Below the pieces are notes generated by a model. The model searched no databases and was not told the origin of the DNA. It saw only the letters and a list, made by a program, of their open reading frames with translations. Below, piece by piece: positions 16,410 to 25,615 of a stretch of 64,000 nucleotides of DNA. Position numbers and translations under genes: made by a program. Location: IMG/VR virus record IMGVR_UViG_3300013093_000017, positions 62,001 through 126,000 of that record; one strand, written 5' to 3'. Within the stretch, counting starts at the first letter, position 1; each line of letters begins with the position of its first letter.

Positions 16410-16979
16410 ATGAACGTTACATTACGTAAAGCAAGTGCGTTACAGAACGCAATCAACGACACAATCAAAGGCATTCAGCTTAAAGTAGCTGTAAACCTAA
16501 GTGAGTTCCAAGATGCAGAAACAGTAATTTCTAAATCTCGCCAAGCATTGTTAAACAATGTTGATCGCAAGGTAGCACTAACCAAGGCATTGTATGCAAT
16601 TCGCGCCTCAGTAGGTGCAGCAAACAACGCCTCAGTAGATGCACTGTTGGCACAGGTAGCACAGGTTGAAAAAACAATCCAAATCTACACAAACTTAGCT
16701 GAAACAGAAGTGCGTGAAGATGCCACAGTTATTGCAGGTAAGTTGGATAAGATTAAGAACCGCACAGCAGATGCTCGTCCAAGTTACTACGGACACAGTG
16801 ACGAAGTAAACACCAGTGTATTAACACAAGATGATATTGAATCTTTCCGAGGTTTCATTGCACTGGCAAAGAAAAACAAACAGACTTTGCAGGATCAAAT
16901 CCTTGAAGCAAACGTTCGCACTGAAATCACTTTAGATGCAGACACAGTAGCAACACTAACAGCAGAAAAATTGCTGTAA
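16410..16979 (+). CDS. Helical protein, possibly DIP1984-like family
   Basis: Coiled-coil pattern; C-terminal LQDQILEANVRTEITL resembles the DIP1984-type ending (family call tentative). Confidence 0.6.
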   Translation: MNVTLRKASALQNAINDTIKGIQLKVAVNLSEFQDAETVISKSRQALLNNVDRKVALTKALYAIRASVGAANNASVDALLAQVAQVEKTIQIYTNLAETEVREDATVIAGKLDKIKNRTADARPSYYGHSDEVNTSVLTQDDIESFRGFIALAKKNKQTLQDQILEANVRTEITLDADTVATLTAEKLL

Positions 16980-17021
16980 TAGTTTTTGGTGGTTTGGCTC
17001 TAGGGCTAAAATCACCCAGAT

Positions 17022-17249
17022 GTGAGAAAGAGACGAGGATTGGCAAGGACATCATACATCGTATGATTCCATACTTAATGAGCAATCGCCTTGAAAAGCG
17101 ATCGTGTTTGCGTGTTCCGGTTATTATATAAATTTGTTTATTGCCACCGTTGAAATATGCAAGCCCCTGTGTTTTGAACATTGTCTTTTGTCAGCGGATA
17201 TTATAATAATATCTTTTGTCATTTGCTGTGCCATTTACTTACTTTCTCA
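17022..17249 (+). ncRNA. Candidate ncRNA downstream of 16410-16979
   Basis: TGAGAAAG/CTTTCTCA long-range closure; repeated (A/T)TTG motifs separated by short hairpins. Confidence 0.4.
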
Positions 17250-17261
17250 ATCTGTTTCTTC

Positions 17262-17339
17262 GCACACGTGGCTGAGTGGCCCAAAGCAGCGGCCTGCAAA
17301 GCCGTAAAACCGCCGGTTCAAATCCGGCCGTGTGCTCCA
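17262..17339 (+). tRNA. tRNA-Cys(GCA)
   Basis: GCGGC-CT-GCA-AA-GCCGT, U73-CCA. Confidence 0.92.
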
Positions 17340-17340
17340 T

Positions 17341-17416
17341 AGTAATGTAGCATAGTGGCTAATGCGGCACCTTCATACGGTGTATATCGTGAGTTCGAGT
17401 CTCACCATTACTACCA
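17341..17416 (+). tRNA. tRNA-Met/Ile2(CAT)
   Basis: GCACC-TT-CAT-AC-GGTGT, CCA. Confidence 0.88.
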
Positions 17417-17423
17417 GCTTTAC

Positions 17424-17532
17424 ATTAACAACCTTAACGCAACTCGGTACACGGATACCTGATCAGTGGGAGTGTTTGACATAGTCGGACCGCTGCAACA
17501 CTGTGGGTGGCAAAGCCGTGCTCGTTGTTAAT
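17424..17532 (+). ncRNA. Candidate small structured RNA
   Basis: ATTAACAAC/GTTGTTAAT closing stem with nested CACGG/CCGTG and CAGTG/CACTG helices. Confidence 0.4.
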
Positions 17533-17534
17533 TT

Positions 17535-17610
17535 GCCCTGTTAGTTCAACGGATTAGAATTAGAGTCTTCGAAACTCAGGATGGGGGTTCGATTCCCTCA
17601 CGGGGCACCA
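17535..17610 (+). tRNA. tRNA-Arg(TCG)
   Basis: GAGT-CT-TCG-AA-ACTC, CCA. Confidence 0.9.
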
Positions 17611-17660
17611 AACAAGTAATCGCATAATGTAGCGGAATACACTACGTTATGTAAATCAAT

Positions 17661-17736
17661 GCGGCTGTAGCTCAGTTGGTAGAGCGTCTGCTTGCCAAGC
17701 AGAAGGTCACGAGTTCGAGACTCGTTAGCCGCTCCA
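17661..17736 (+). tRNA. tRNA-Gly(GCC)
   Basis: TCTGC-TT-GCC-AA-GCAGA, CCA. Confidence 0.94.
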
Positions 17737-17746
17737 TTTATTTTGA

Positions 17747-17775
17747 TTGACAGTTGGTAATACCTATGCTATAAT
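17747..17775 (+). promoter_or_regulatory. sigma70 promoter
   Basis: TTGACA-17-TATAAT. Confidence 0.8.
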
Positions 17776-17799
17776 ATGCTTGTACAGTTAGGAAATGAT

Positions 17800-18105
17800 A
17801 TGAAACACTACGTATATGAACCAGGTATAAAGAAAATTGAAAAAGTATTACCGTATTCTGTGGCTGTTCCGCAGGGTTATAAAACTCACGCACAGGCCCT
17901 ATGCCAACGAATATTAGGCAAAAGATATTGTCGTTGGGATCCAAGATGGCGCAGAGTTAATAATTGGACAGTGAAAACCACTACCAGGTGGACAGTATAT
18001 GAAGATGCAGTTTGGCACTACAAAGATGGTATACTTTACTTCAAAGATGAAGCTAATACTAAAATGCTTACAATGGTATTATTAAGTAAAACCAAAAGGA
18101 GATAG
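17800..18105 (+). CDS. Hypothetical protein
   Basis: ORF 17776-18105; likely start 17800 after AGGA. Confidence 0.65.
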   Translation: MKHYVYEPGIKKIEKVLPYSVAVPQGYKTHAQALCQRILGKRYCRWDPRWRRVNNWTVKTTTRWTVYEDAVWHYKDGILYFKDEANTKMLTMVLLSKTKRR

Positions 18106-18109
18106 TACT

Positions 18110-18592
18110 ATGAAACCATGGATTGAAAACATCAGCTTAGAAGATGTAAAGAAAGGCTATCACCACGATGCTGGCGATAATTCTATGCTAATTCAAATCG
18201 TAGATCCTGGTGTAGAGTTTCCAACTCCTAAGTACAAGTTTAAGCGAGTATCACAGTACTTCTTCCTTGATGTAGAGGATAGAGATATTCCCGGTGCTAT
18301 ATTTGATGCGGCAATCACTGACGCAGACGCTATCGGTATTGCCGAAGATTTGAAATACGCATTGGCCAATAACATGAACGTAATTGTTCACTGTCATATG
18401 GGTGTGTGCCGTAGTGGTGCTGTAGCAGAAGTAGGTGTTATGTTAGGTTTCCAAGATACTGAAAAGTATCGTATTCCTAACACAATGGTCAAGCGTAAAC
18501 TTATGGAATACTTTGGTATGACATACACAGAGTCCGAGCTCCCTAAAGGGGCTTGGGCACTTGACGAAAATGGAATTAGACATTATTATTAA
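18110..18592 (+). CDS. Protein-tyrosine/dual-specificity phosphatase-like protein
   Basis: VHCHMGVCRS (CX5R) motif. Confidence 0.8.
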   Translation: MKPWIENISLEDVKKGYHHDAGDNSMLIQIVDPGVEFPTPKYKFKRVSQYFFLDVEDRDIPGAIFDAAITDADAIGIAEDLKYALANNMNVIVHCHMGVCRSGAVAEVGVMLGFQDTEKYRIPNTMVKRKLMEYFGMTYTESELPKGAWALDENGIRHYY

Positions 18593-18598
18593 GAATAT

Positions 18599-18674
18599 GC
18601 TACCTTAGCTCATCTGGTAGAGCACCGGCCTGAAGAGTCGGGTGTGCTTGGTTCAAGTCCAAGAGGTAGCACCA
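18599..18674 (+). tRNA. tRNA-Phe(GAA)
   Basis: CCGGC-CT-GAA-GA-GTCGG, CCA. Confidence 0.92.
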
Positions 18675-18690
18675 AACAAAGGAAATAGAT

Positions 18691-18858
18691 ATGGCAGGCA
18701 TTTACGGAGTTTATGAAAAATACGAAGGTCCAGAAGACTGTGATGTAGCCTATTCTAAAGTACAATCTGGCGAATGGGATCTAGCACGCTTTAAGGAATA
18801 TGTGAGCTGTGTTGAGAAGATCACATGGCAAGATGCCACCGCAGATGAGAGTTTCTAA
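18691..18858 (+). CDS. Small hypothetical protein (55 aa), not in ORF track
   Basis: SD AAGGA; MAGIYGVYEKYEGPEDCDVAY... Confidence 0.65.
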   Translation: MAGIYGVYEKYEGPEDCDVAYSKVQSGEWDLARFKEYVSCVEKITWQDATADESF

Positions 18859-18860
18859 TC

Positions 18861-19121
18861 TTGACAGAAGATGAACAACTAATGTGGGATGTGCTCAAGG
18901 CATCACCTGATGCTGATTGGGTAGAGTTCCGTAAACAGCATAATCGACTTTGGCTAACTAAAGATCGCAGAATTGTCCTGATAAAGAACATGCAAAGCGA
19001 CTACATTCTTAGTTGTGTTAATATGTTGGAAGCATTAAGTCAAACCAACACTGCGGCCTATAAGGGATTGATTAAAGAATTGCGCCAAAGAGGAAGTCAG
19101 ATACCTGACAACTCAATATAG
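18861..19121 (+). CDS. Hypothetical protein
   Basis: 86 aa ORF in co-directional run. Confidence 0.6.
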   Translation: MTEDEQLMWDVLKASPDADWVEFRKQHNRLWLTKDRRIVLIKNMQSDYILSCVNMLEALSQTNTAAYKGLIKELRQRGSQIPDNSI

Positions 19122-19137
19122 AAAAGAGGATAACGAT

Positions 19138-19593
19138 ATGAACAGTACATTTAGCAGTTTGATTGGACACCGCATCAACGCAGTGTTTCTCGCCAACGCA
19201 AATGAGACCATTGTTTTCCGCACGACTGAGGGAAAGTATCTACGATTTGATACCTGCAATGATTGTTGCAACACTGTTTGGTTTAATCACATTAACGGTA
19301 GTGGCTGTGTTGGGCAGGGTGACACCTTTGATCTTATCCGTGGTGCATTAGTTATAGGCTGCGAGGATAAAGATTGGACTGAGAATAGAGCCTGGACCCC
19401 AGAAGATGGCGGCGATTACGGTGATACTATTCAAGACGGATTCTACACCATCAAGACTGACCGCGGTTATATTGATCTAGAAGTGCGTAACGATCACAAC
19501 GGCTACTACGGTGGCACTGTTATGGAAAATGAAGATCTTGATTGGGAGATTACCGATCTAGAAAATCTTGTAGAGATTAAGGAAGATTTCTAA
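19138..19593 (+). CDS. Hypothetical phage protein
   Basis: SD GAGGA; DCCN and HNGYYGG motifs. Confidence 0.7.
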   Translation: MNSTFSSLIGHRINAVFLANANETIVFRTTEGKYLRFDTCNDCCNTVWFNHINGSGCVGQGDTFDLIRGALVIGCEDKDWTENRAWTPEDGGDYGDTIQDGFYTIKTDRGYIDLEVRNDHNGYYGGTVMENEDLDWEITDLENLVEIKEDF

Positions 19594-19594
19594 A

Positions 19595-19870
19595 ATGAAA
19601 ATTATCAAGTTAGACCGCAGACACAGAATGCGGCGAGATTTTGATATGCGATATGCTCTAGTTTGGGAAAGTTATGGATATGTTTGCAGACCATATGAAA
19701 AATGGTTAGAAAAGCAATTTGGAGTAAGTTGGTATACACATAATCCTCATTGGAAGTCAGGATACGGTAGCAATTCTAGCCGTGGCGATCGTCCAACTTT
19801 CTATGTCGCAGTCAAAGAAAAAAGTACATTAACAATGATGTTTTTGGCATTAGGAGATACAAATGAATAA
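19595..19870 (+). CDS. Hypothetical protein
   Basis: Tightly packed ORF. Confidence 0.65.
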   Translation: MKIIKLDRRHRMRRDFDMRYALVWESYGYVCRPYEKWLEKQFGVSWYTHNPHWKSGYGSNSSRGDRPTFYVAVKEKSTLTMMFLALGDTNE

Positions 19871-20207
19871 ATTTGATTGGGGCGGTATATTCAGCAAAGT
19901 GCCAGACCATACTCAAGAGGCACTCGAACGCTATTTCCTGTACGGATTAGAGCCAGGCAGTTTCTTACAAGCGGTATTAAGCAATGACCTGTACAGTGCT
20001 GTGGCCCGTGCAGATACTTGGAACAAAACTGCTATAGCAGAAATTGTAACTTGGATTGCTCACAACGCACCGGAAGGCAGTTGGGGACATCCTGACTATT
20101 ACCGTGAATGGGTTAACAAAGGTCCTGCATTTGTTCGATTTGAAAAGAGTCGTGTTTGGAATATTTTGTCTAATGAACACACAGAAATGAAGGAACCTGA
20201 GTGGTGA
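19863..20207 (+). CDS. Hypothetical phage protein
   Basis: SD AGGAG; PGSFLQAVLSNDL motif. Confidence 0.7.
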   Translation: MNKFDWGGIFSKVPDHTQEALERYFLYGLEPGSFLQAVLSNDLYSAVARADTWNKTAIAEIVTWIAHNAPEGSWGHPDYYREWVNKGPAFVRFEKSRVWNILSNEHTEMKEPEW

Positions 20208-20392
20208 AACAGAAACCAAAATGGGTTGAAACTCGAGAAGCTCTTAAAACAATGGGTCAAGAACCTTTAGAGTTTATTGGCAAAATGGGCGCCGATGGGG
20301 TCATTAATGGCTTACTACCTAACGGTGAAGAGTACGGTTGGTATAAACGTAGAGGCACTAAAGATACTAAATTTAAAGGAAGGAAAGTTTAA
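20201..20392 (+). CDS. Hypothetical protein
   Basis: Coupled to its neighbours. Confidence 0.55.
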   Translation: MVKQKPKWVETREALKTMGQEPLEFIGKMGADGVINGLLPNGEEYGWYKRRGTKDTKFKGRKV

Positions 20393-20964
20393 TGGCTAAA
20401 ATATTTATGATTAGCGATACGCACTTTGGACACAAAGGCGTTTGTGAATTTAAGCGTGATGACGGTGTTACTGATTTACGCCCGTACGATACCGCAGACG
20501 AGATGGATGCAGATATGATTGAAAAGTGGAATGCCAAGGTTGGCCCAAACGATAAAGTTTATCACTTAGGTGATGTTGTAATTAATCGCAAGGCATTGTC
20601 TACATTGGGCAAGTTGAATGGTGAAAAGGTTCTAATCAAAGGCAACCACGATATCTTTAGGTTGGAGGAATATACTCCGTACTTTAAGGATGTTCGCAGT
20701 TATCACGTCCTTAATGGATTGATCCTAAGCCATATTCCGATTCATGAAGCTAGTTTGGGCCGTTTCGGCACTAACATTCACGGACACTTGCACGCCAGTA
20801 GAGTTATGAAGGATGGTGCTATTGATCCTCGGTACTTTAACATGTGTGTTGAGAATCATAATTATGCTCCAGTTGAATTTGAAGAAGTTATGGAGTTAAT
20901 TAGAGCAGAGGGCGGCACAGTTGGGTTTCGAGAACACAAATGGCCAAACGAACTAGTAGGGTAA
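20392..20964 (+). CDS. Calcineurin-like metallophosphoesterase
   Basis: SDTHFGH, HLGD, KGNHD, HGHLH. Confidence 0.9.
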   Translation: MAKIFMISDTHFGHKGVCEFKRDDGVTDLRPYDTADEMDADMIEKWNAKVGPNDKVYHLGDVVINRKALSTLGKLNGEKVLIKGNHDIFRLEEYTPYFKDVRSYHVLNGLILSHIPIHEASLGRFGTNIHGHLHASRVMKDGAIDPRYFNMCVENHNYAPVEFEEVMELIRAEGGTVGFREHKWPNELVG

Positions 20965-20970
20965 GCCTTT

Positions 20971-20994
20971 AAATAGGGCTTGCCCTATTTTTTT
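20971..20994 (+). terminator. Rho-independent terminator
   Basis: AAATAGGG-CTTG-CCCTATTT plus T tract. Confidence 0.7.
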
Positions 20995-21000
20995 GACTTA

Positions 21001-21138
21001 TTAATCGCAGTCTGAATATGCTTGTACTAAGCGTGCAACACATTCTGTGTCACCTGGCTTACATACAATATTTGGTATACTTGGAGTTGTTTCTTCTTGC
21101 AGGGGTTGGATTGGTAATGTATCTGTAGTATTTGACAT
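21001..21138 (-). CDS. Small hypothetical protein (45 aa), not in ORF track
   Basis: SD AGGTGA; MSNTTDTLPIQ...CKPGDTECVARLVQAYSDCD. Confidence 0.55.
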   Translation of the reverse strand: MSNTTDTLPIQPLQEETTPSIPNIVCKPGDTECVARLVQAYSDCD

Positions 21139-21251
21139 TTTGTGTCACCTTTCTAAAATGAGATTGTGTCTCTAATGATTTATTTATTAAACTACTATTG
21201 TATATTAAAGTACCAATATTGTCAACACCTTGATAAATTTTGATAAATTAG

Positions 21252-21280
21252 TTGACATACTATAAAAAACACTATATACT
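21252..21280 (+). promoter_or_regulatory. sigma70 promoter
   Basis: TTGACA-17-TATACT; only 6 nt before ATG 21287, so possibly leaderless. Confidence 0.7.
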
Positions 21281-21286
21281 AAACAA

Positions 21287-21541
21287 ATGAGATACACTCC
21301 AGAACAAATTATTGAATTAGCAAAAGAAGTAGAACTTACAGACAACGATATCGAGTGGGATAATTTACCTCTTGAAAAAGATCGTATCTATCAAATCCTC
21401 GGTAGTCAAACTTTTGATATGTATAGCCGGTGGACTCAAATGGAAGATAGTGATAGCGGCGAAGCTATTATGTTAGCAACCATCACTAAACTACTAGTAG
21501 AAAATTTCGTATTAAATCTTAAATTAAATCAAGGAAAATAA
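21287..21541 (+). CDS. Hypothetical protein
   Basis: 84 aa ORF after promoter. Confidence 0.7.
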   Translation: MRYTPEQIIELAKEVELTDNDIEWDNLPLEKDRIYQILGSQTFDMYSRWTQMEDSDSGEAIMLATITKLLVENFVLNLKLNQGK

Positions 21542-21542
21542 A

Positions 21543-21749
21543 ATGGCTAAAACAAACTCCAGTTTCAAGATTGGCAAGATGGTTAAACTATCAATGGGTG
21601 CAACGCTTAATAAAGAGCAACGTTTAATCTACAAGAACTGTATGATTGATGCTAAACAGTCATATATTGCTAATCGTAATCGTAAACATAAAGATCCTAT
21701 TGCACGTGATAGCAGCAATGATCAAAACAAAGATGCTCCAAAGGCCTAA
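21543..21749 (+). CDS. Hypothetical basic protein
   Basis: SD AAGGA. Confidence 0.65.
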   Translation: MAKTNSSFKIGKMVKLSMGATLNKEQRLIYKNCMIDAKQSYIANRNRKHKDPIARDSSNDQNKDAPKA

Positions 21750-21752
21750 TTA

Positions 21753-23045
21753 ATGGATTATAAAGTAGCGGACATTGGCCTAGCCGCTTGGGGCCACAAA
21801 GAAATTGCAATCGCAGAAACGGAAATGCCGGGATTAATGGCAATTCGTAACGAATTAAAACCAAATCAACCACTTAAAGGTGCTCGCATTGTGGGGTCAT
21901 TACACATGACTATTCAAACTGCTGTGCTGGTACAGACTTTAGTTGCTCTAGGCGCAGAAGTGCGTTGGAGTAGCTGTAATATTTTTTCAACACAAGACCA
22001 CGCCGCAGCAGCCTTGGCAGAACAAGGTATTCCTGTATATGCTTGGAAAGGTGAAACTGAAGCTGACTACTGGTGGTGCATTGAACAGACTATTAAAAAT
22101 CCAAACGATCCAACCTGGAAACCCAATATGTTGTTAGATGATGGACATGATCTAACTTGGTATATCCACACTAACTATCCAGAACTATTAGATGGTATCT
22201 ATGGTGTTACTGAAGAAACAACTACAGGTATTCACAAGATTAACGAAGCTATTGCTAATGGTAGTTTCCGTCTACGTGCTATTAATGTTAACGATAGTGT
22301 AACTAAAAGTAAGTTTGATAACTTATATGGTTGCCGTGAAAGTCTAGTAGATTCGATCAAACGTGCTACCGATGTTATGATTGCTGGTAAGACCGCAGTA
22401 GTAGCAGGCTACGGTGATGTGGGTAAAGGTTCGGCCGCTAGTCTTAAGGCACTTGGTGCGCAGGTTTGGGTAACTGAAATTGACCCAATCTGTGCCCTAC
22501 AAGCCGCAATGGAAGGCTACAAGGTAGTTACCATGGACTATGCCGCAGACAAAGCAGACATCTTTGTAACAGCCACAGGCAATGTAGACATCATCACACA
22601 TGCGCACATGTTAAAGATGAAACACAATGCTATTGTATGTAACATTGGGCACTTCGACAGCGAAATTCAAATTGCTAGTTTGGCTGGCTACGAGTGGGAC
22701 GAGATTAAACCGCAAGTAGATCACGTGACTATGCCTAGTGGTAATAAGATAATTATCTTAGCCAAAGGTCGATTGGTAAATTTAGGTTGTGGTACAGGAC
22801 ATCCTAGCTTTGTTATGTCAAACAGCTTTACTAATCAAGTAATTGCACAGGTTGAAATGTTCCAAAACTATGCTAACTATGAGATTGGTAAGATGTATTT
22901 GTTACCTAAACACCTAGATGAAAAGGTAGCTAGTCTACACCTAGCACAGATTGGCGCAGAGCTAACCGACCTAACACCTGCGCAAGCAGACTACATTGGC
23001 GTAAAGGTACAAGGTCCATACAAACCAGAAACATATAGGTACTAA
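21753..23045 (+). CDS. ahcY: Adenosylhomocysteinase (SAH hydrolase)
   Basis: [54 protein letters not shown]. Confidence 0.97.
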   Translation: MDYKVADIGLAAWGHKEIAIAETEMPGLMAIRNELKPNQPLKGARIVGSLHMTIQTAVLVQTLVALGAEVRWSSCNIFSTQDHAAAALAEQGIPVYAWKGETEADYWWCIEQTIKNPNDPTWKPNMLLDDGHDLTWYIHTNYPELLDGIYGVTEETTTGIHKINEAIANGSFRLRAINVNDSVTKSKFDNLYGCRESLVDSIKRATDVMIAGKTAVVAGYGDVGKGSAASLKALGAQVWVTEIDPICALQAAMEGYKVVTMDYAADKADIFVTATGNVDIITHAHMLKMKHNAIVCNIGHFDSEIQIASLAGYEWDEIKPQVDHVTMPSGNKIIILAKGRLVNLGCGTGHPSFVMSNSFTNQVIAQVEMFQNYANYEIGKMYLLPKHLDEKVASLHLAQIGAELTDLTPAQADYIGVKVQGPYKPETYRY

Positions 23046-23046
23046 A

Positions 23047-23403
23047 ATGAAAAGACTAGAAGGGTTTGTTGAAAAAGGTTGGGGATCAGAGTTAATATGG
23101 GCTACTAACCATAAGTATTGTGGTAAACTGTTAAAGTTTAATAAAGATGCCAAATTCAGTATGCACTTTCATGCTGAAAAAGATGAATCTTGGTATGTAT
23201 TAGATGGTCAATTTATTATTAAATGGATTGATACCAGCGATGCTTCATTACATGAGCAATATCTTAATCCAGGGGATACATACCGTAACTTTCCGTTATT
23301 TCCTCATCAATTGATCTGCATCGAAGAAGGTACAATTATTGAGGTTTCTACTCCGGACAGTGTAGAGGATAACTATCGAGTAATGCCCGGAGATAGTCAG
23401 TAA
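23047..23403 (+). CDS. Cupin-domain protein (sugar isomerase-like)
   Basis: KGWGSE, SMHFHAEKDESW, PH, EVST. Confidence 0.8.
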   Translation: MKRLEGFVEKGWGSELIWATNHKYCGKLLKFNKDAKFSMHFHAEKDESWYVLDGQFIIKWIDTSDASLHEQYLNPGDTYRNFPLFPHQLICIEEGTIIEVSTPDSVEDNYRVMPGDSQ

Positions 23404-23404
23404 T

Positions 23405-23499
23405 GCGGTCGTAAGCAAAAGGCAAAGCTCTAGGACCTAGGTCCTAGGATAGGGAGAACCTAGTTCCCCTTGTTGGTTCGACTCCAGCCGACCGTACCA
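23405..23499 (+). tRNA. Orphan tRNA-Leu-like gene with palindromic, non-canonical anticodon arm
   Basis: GCGGTCG/CGACCGT acceptor, A73-CCA, D arm, long variable arm, GTTGG-TTCGACT-CCAGC T arm; anticodon arm CTAGGA-CCTAGG-TCCTAG. Confidence 0.7.
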
Positions 23500-23512
23500 T
23501 AAATACACTACA

Positions 23513-24229
23513 ATGAACAAATTCAATTGTAGTCCAAAATTGGGTAGAGAATTCTCAATTCCATCGAGAAACGATTTATTGCCCATCATACACGAAATAT
23601 CTCCCGAGATAGTTAACACCGTTATTGGCACTTATGAGCTAATATTGAAACTAGGTACCCATCTTGGCAAGAGATTTCGTGTTCATATACTACATGTTGA
23701 AAACCCTCACGTGCTACCAAACGAGCTAGATGCTAATGGAGTATATGATTCCGAAGATGATGAGCGAGGAAAGATATCAATTAGCCTATATCTTATCAAT
23801 AATCCAGCAGACCGCACGTTGTTATGGGATCAAGAAACATTTGATCGTGTGGCAAAACGCATAGCTGATTGTTTAATACACGAACTAACCCATCTACATC
23901 AATCAAGAGCTCGACATTTCTTAAATGTTTCAACACATCATACTGGAAGAGAAACAGAAGAAGAAGAAGCACAAACATATCTTAGTGAGTTTGACGAGAT
24001 AGATGCATACGCACGCAACATTGCAGGCGAGCTATCAGACCTAGATGACACTGTTGACCTACACAAATGTCTCGAACATCCGAGTGGTATAAGCCTTAAT
24101 GTAAGTCCTAATCTCTGGGGTTACATAACTGCCTTCAAAAAAGACCTAAATCATCCTGTAATTAAACGATTATTGAAAAAAATCTATAAAAATTATCAAC
24201 TTTTGACAAAAAAAGACTTGCGTTCTTAA
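23513..24229 (+). CDS. Putative zincin-like metallopeptidase
   Basis: IHELTH (HExxH) plus downstream Y..DEIDAYA. Confidence 0.6.
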   Translation: MNKFNCSPKLGREFSIPSRNDLLPIIHEISPEIVNTVIGTYELILKLGTHLGKRFRVHILHVENPHVLPNELDANGVYDSEDDERGKISISLYLINNPADRTLLWDQETFDRVAKRIADCLIHELTHLHQSRARHFLNVSTHHTGRETEEEEAQTYLSEFDEIDAYARNIAGELSDLDDTVDLHKCLEHPSGISLNVSPNLWGYITAFKKDLNHPVIKRLLKKIYKNYQLLTKKDLRS

Positions 24230-24326
24230 TCCTTTGGTAGTATACTAGTCTTATAAACATAATAACCAATACTAGTCGGCAGGCGTCTACAGTATAGATA
24301 ATTACGTATAACAATAAAGGATCATT

Positions 24327-25082
24327 ATGAAAAACAAAGGTAAATTAAGCATTCCAACCCGCCCAGCGGCAAAGCCTGCTCCACAAGCATCACGTCCTGC
24401 AGCACCTACAGCAAATGCTGCACCTACAGCACTACCAACTAATGCACAGGGACGACCACCGTCAATTATGATTGCTGTTCCGGCAATGGAAATGGTTAAT
24501 GCAGAATTTGCACAACACTTGGCCATGGCAGCAGCTAATTTAGTAGCTAACGGTATTAGAATTAACTGCGCATTTAATATCGGTTCAGTTATTACAATTG
24601 CCCGCAGAAACTTAACAGATATCTTCTTAAAGAGTGATTTTGATTACATTTGGTGGGTAGACAGTGATATGAAGTTTCCTATTGATGCACCTATACGTTT
24701 ACTTAAACGCAACAAAGACATTGTTGGTGTAAATTATCGTCGACGTCGTTTCCCTAATCCAAACTTTACAGGCATGCAAGGTACTCCAGGTGCTTATTCA
24801 GAGTTCCAAACTACTGACAATAGTCCAGCAATGGAATTAATCGATGTATTACCACATGGTTGTGTATTAGTTAAACGTTCTGTATATGAAACAATTCCAC
24901 AACCGCATTATCTGCAAGAATTCATTCCAGAGTTAAATTTGGAAATTGGAGAAGATATCTACTTCTGTCAGCAGGCACAGAAATCAGGATATCAAGTATG
25001 GTGTGATCAAGAGCTGAGCCGTGAAACTGCTCATATTGGGATCTTCCACTTTAATTACAACCTAAGTGTTCCACAACAATAA
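24327..25082 (+). CDS. GT-A (family 2-like) glycosyltransferase
   Basis: ARRNL, WVDSDM (DxD), GEDIYFC, HIG. Confidence 0.75.
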   Translation: MKNKGKLSIPTRPAAKPAPQASRPAAPTANAAPTALPTNAQGRPPSIMIAVPAMEMVNAEFAQHLAMAAANLVANGIRINCAFNIGSVITIARRNLTDIFLKSDFDYIWWVDSDMKFPIDAPIRLLKRNKDIVGVNYRRRRFPNPNFTGMQGTPGAYSEFQTTDNSPAMELIDVLPHGCVLVKRSVYETIPQPHYLQEFIPELNLEIGEDIYFCQQAQKSGYQVWCDQELSRETAHIGIFHFNYNLSVPQQ

Positions 25083-25096
25083 GCAAAGGAAAATCA

Positions 25097-25258
25097 ATGT
25101 TTGAAAGTATCGAAATTCGTAAGGTAAAAAATGGTGTCGTAGTTACACTTCGTAGCGACGATGAAGATGCTGAATACGTTTACGATACTGATCGTAAGGC
25201 GTTGAAGTTCATTAAAGAAATGCTTGAAACTAGAGCAAGAGATATACAGGCTAACTAA
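25097..25258 (+). CDS. Small hypothetical protein (53 aa), not in ORF track
   Basis: SD AAGGA; MFESIEIRKVKNGVVVTL... Confidence 0.7.
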   Translation: MFESIEIRKVKNGVVVTLRSDDEDAEYVYDTDRKALKFIKEMLETRARDIQAN

Positions 25259-25615
25259 ATGTTACTGTTAACTCTTGTTCTGTTTCAGTTAAAACATTGG
25301 TATATTGACTTTGTGAATCAAACTCAAACAGAAGTTGATCACAAAGGAATTTACCTAGATTGGCTTGGCATTACACATAGTTTAAAACATGGACTTGCTA
25401 CTGCATTAATTGTAGCATTTACATCGGGTTATATTAATTTTGCCATAGCCGTGGGGTTTATAGATTTCTTTATTCACTATCATACTGACTTTGTCAAGAT
25501 GAAATTTGGATGTAGAGATATTACTAACCCATTATTTTGGAATCAATTGGGATTTGACCAGTTCGTACATCAATTTACCTATATAGGTATTGCAGTAGCA
25601 CTGGCACAACTATGA
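25259..25615 (+). CDS. DUF3307-like membrane protein
   Basis: HWYIDF..Q, H...H, HYHTDF.K, GFDQFVH. Confidence 0.75.
   Translation: MLLLTLVLFQLKHWYIDFVNQTQTEVDHKGIYLDWLGITHSLKHGLATALIVAFTSGYINFAIAVGFIDFFIHYHTDFVKMKFGCRDITNPLFWNQLGFDQFVHQFTYIGIAVALAQL

Noticed and set aside
23405-23499. Evidence for amber stop-codon recoding of the genome
   Set aside because: Genes are intact in the standard code, several end at TAG (e.g. 7994, 16351, 30040), and this tRNA has no canonical CTA loop.
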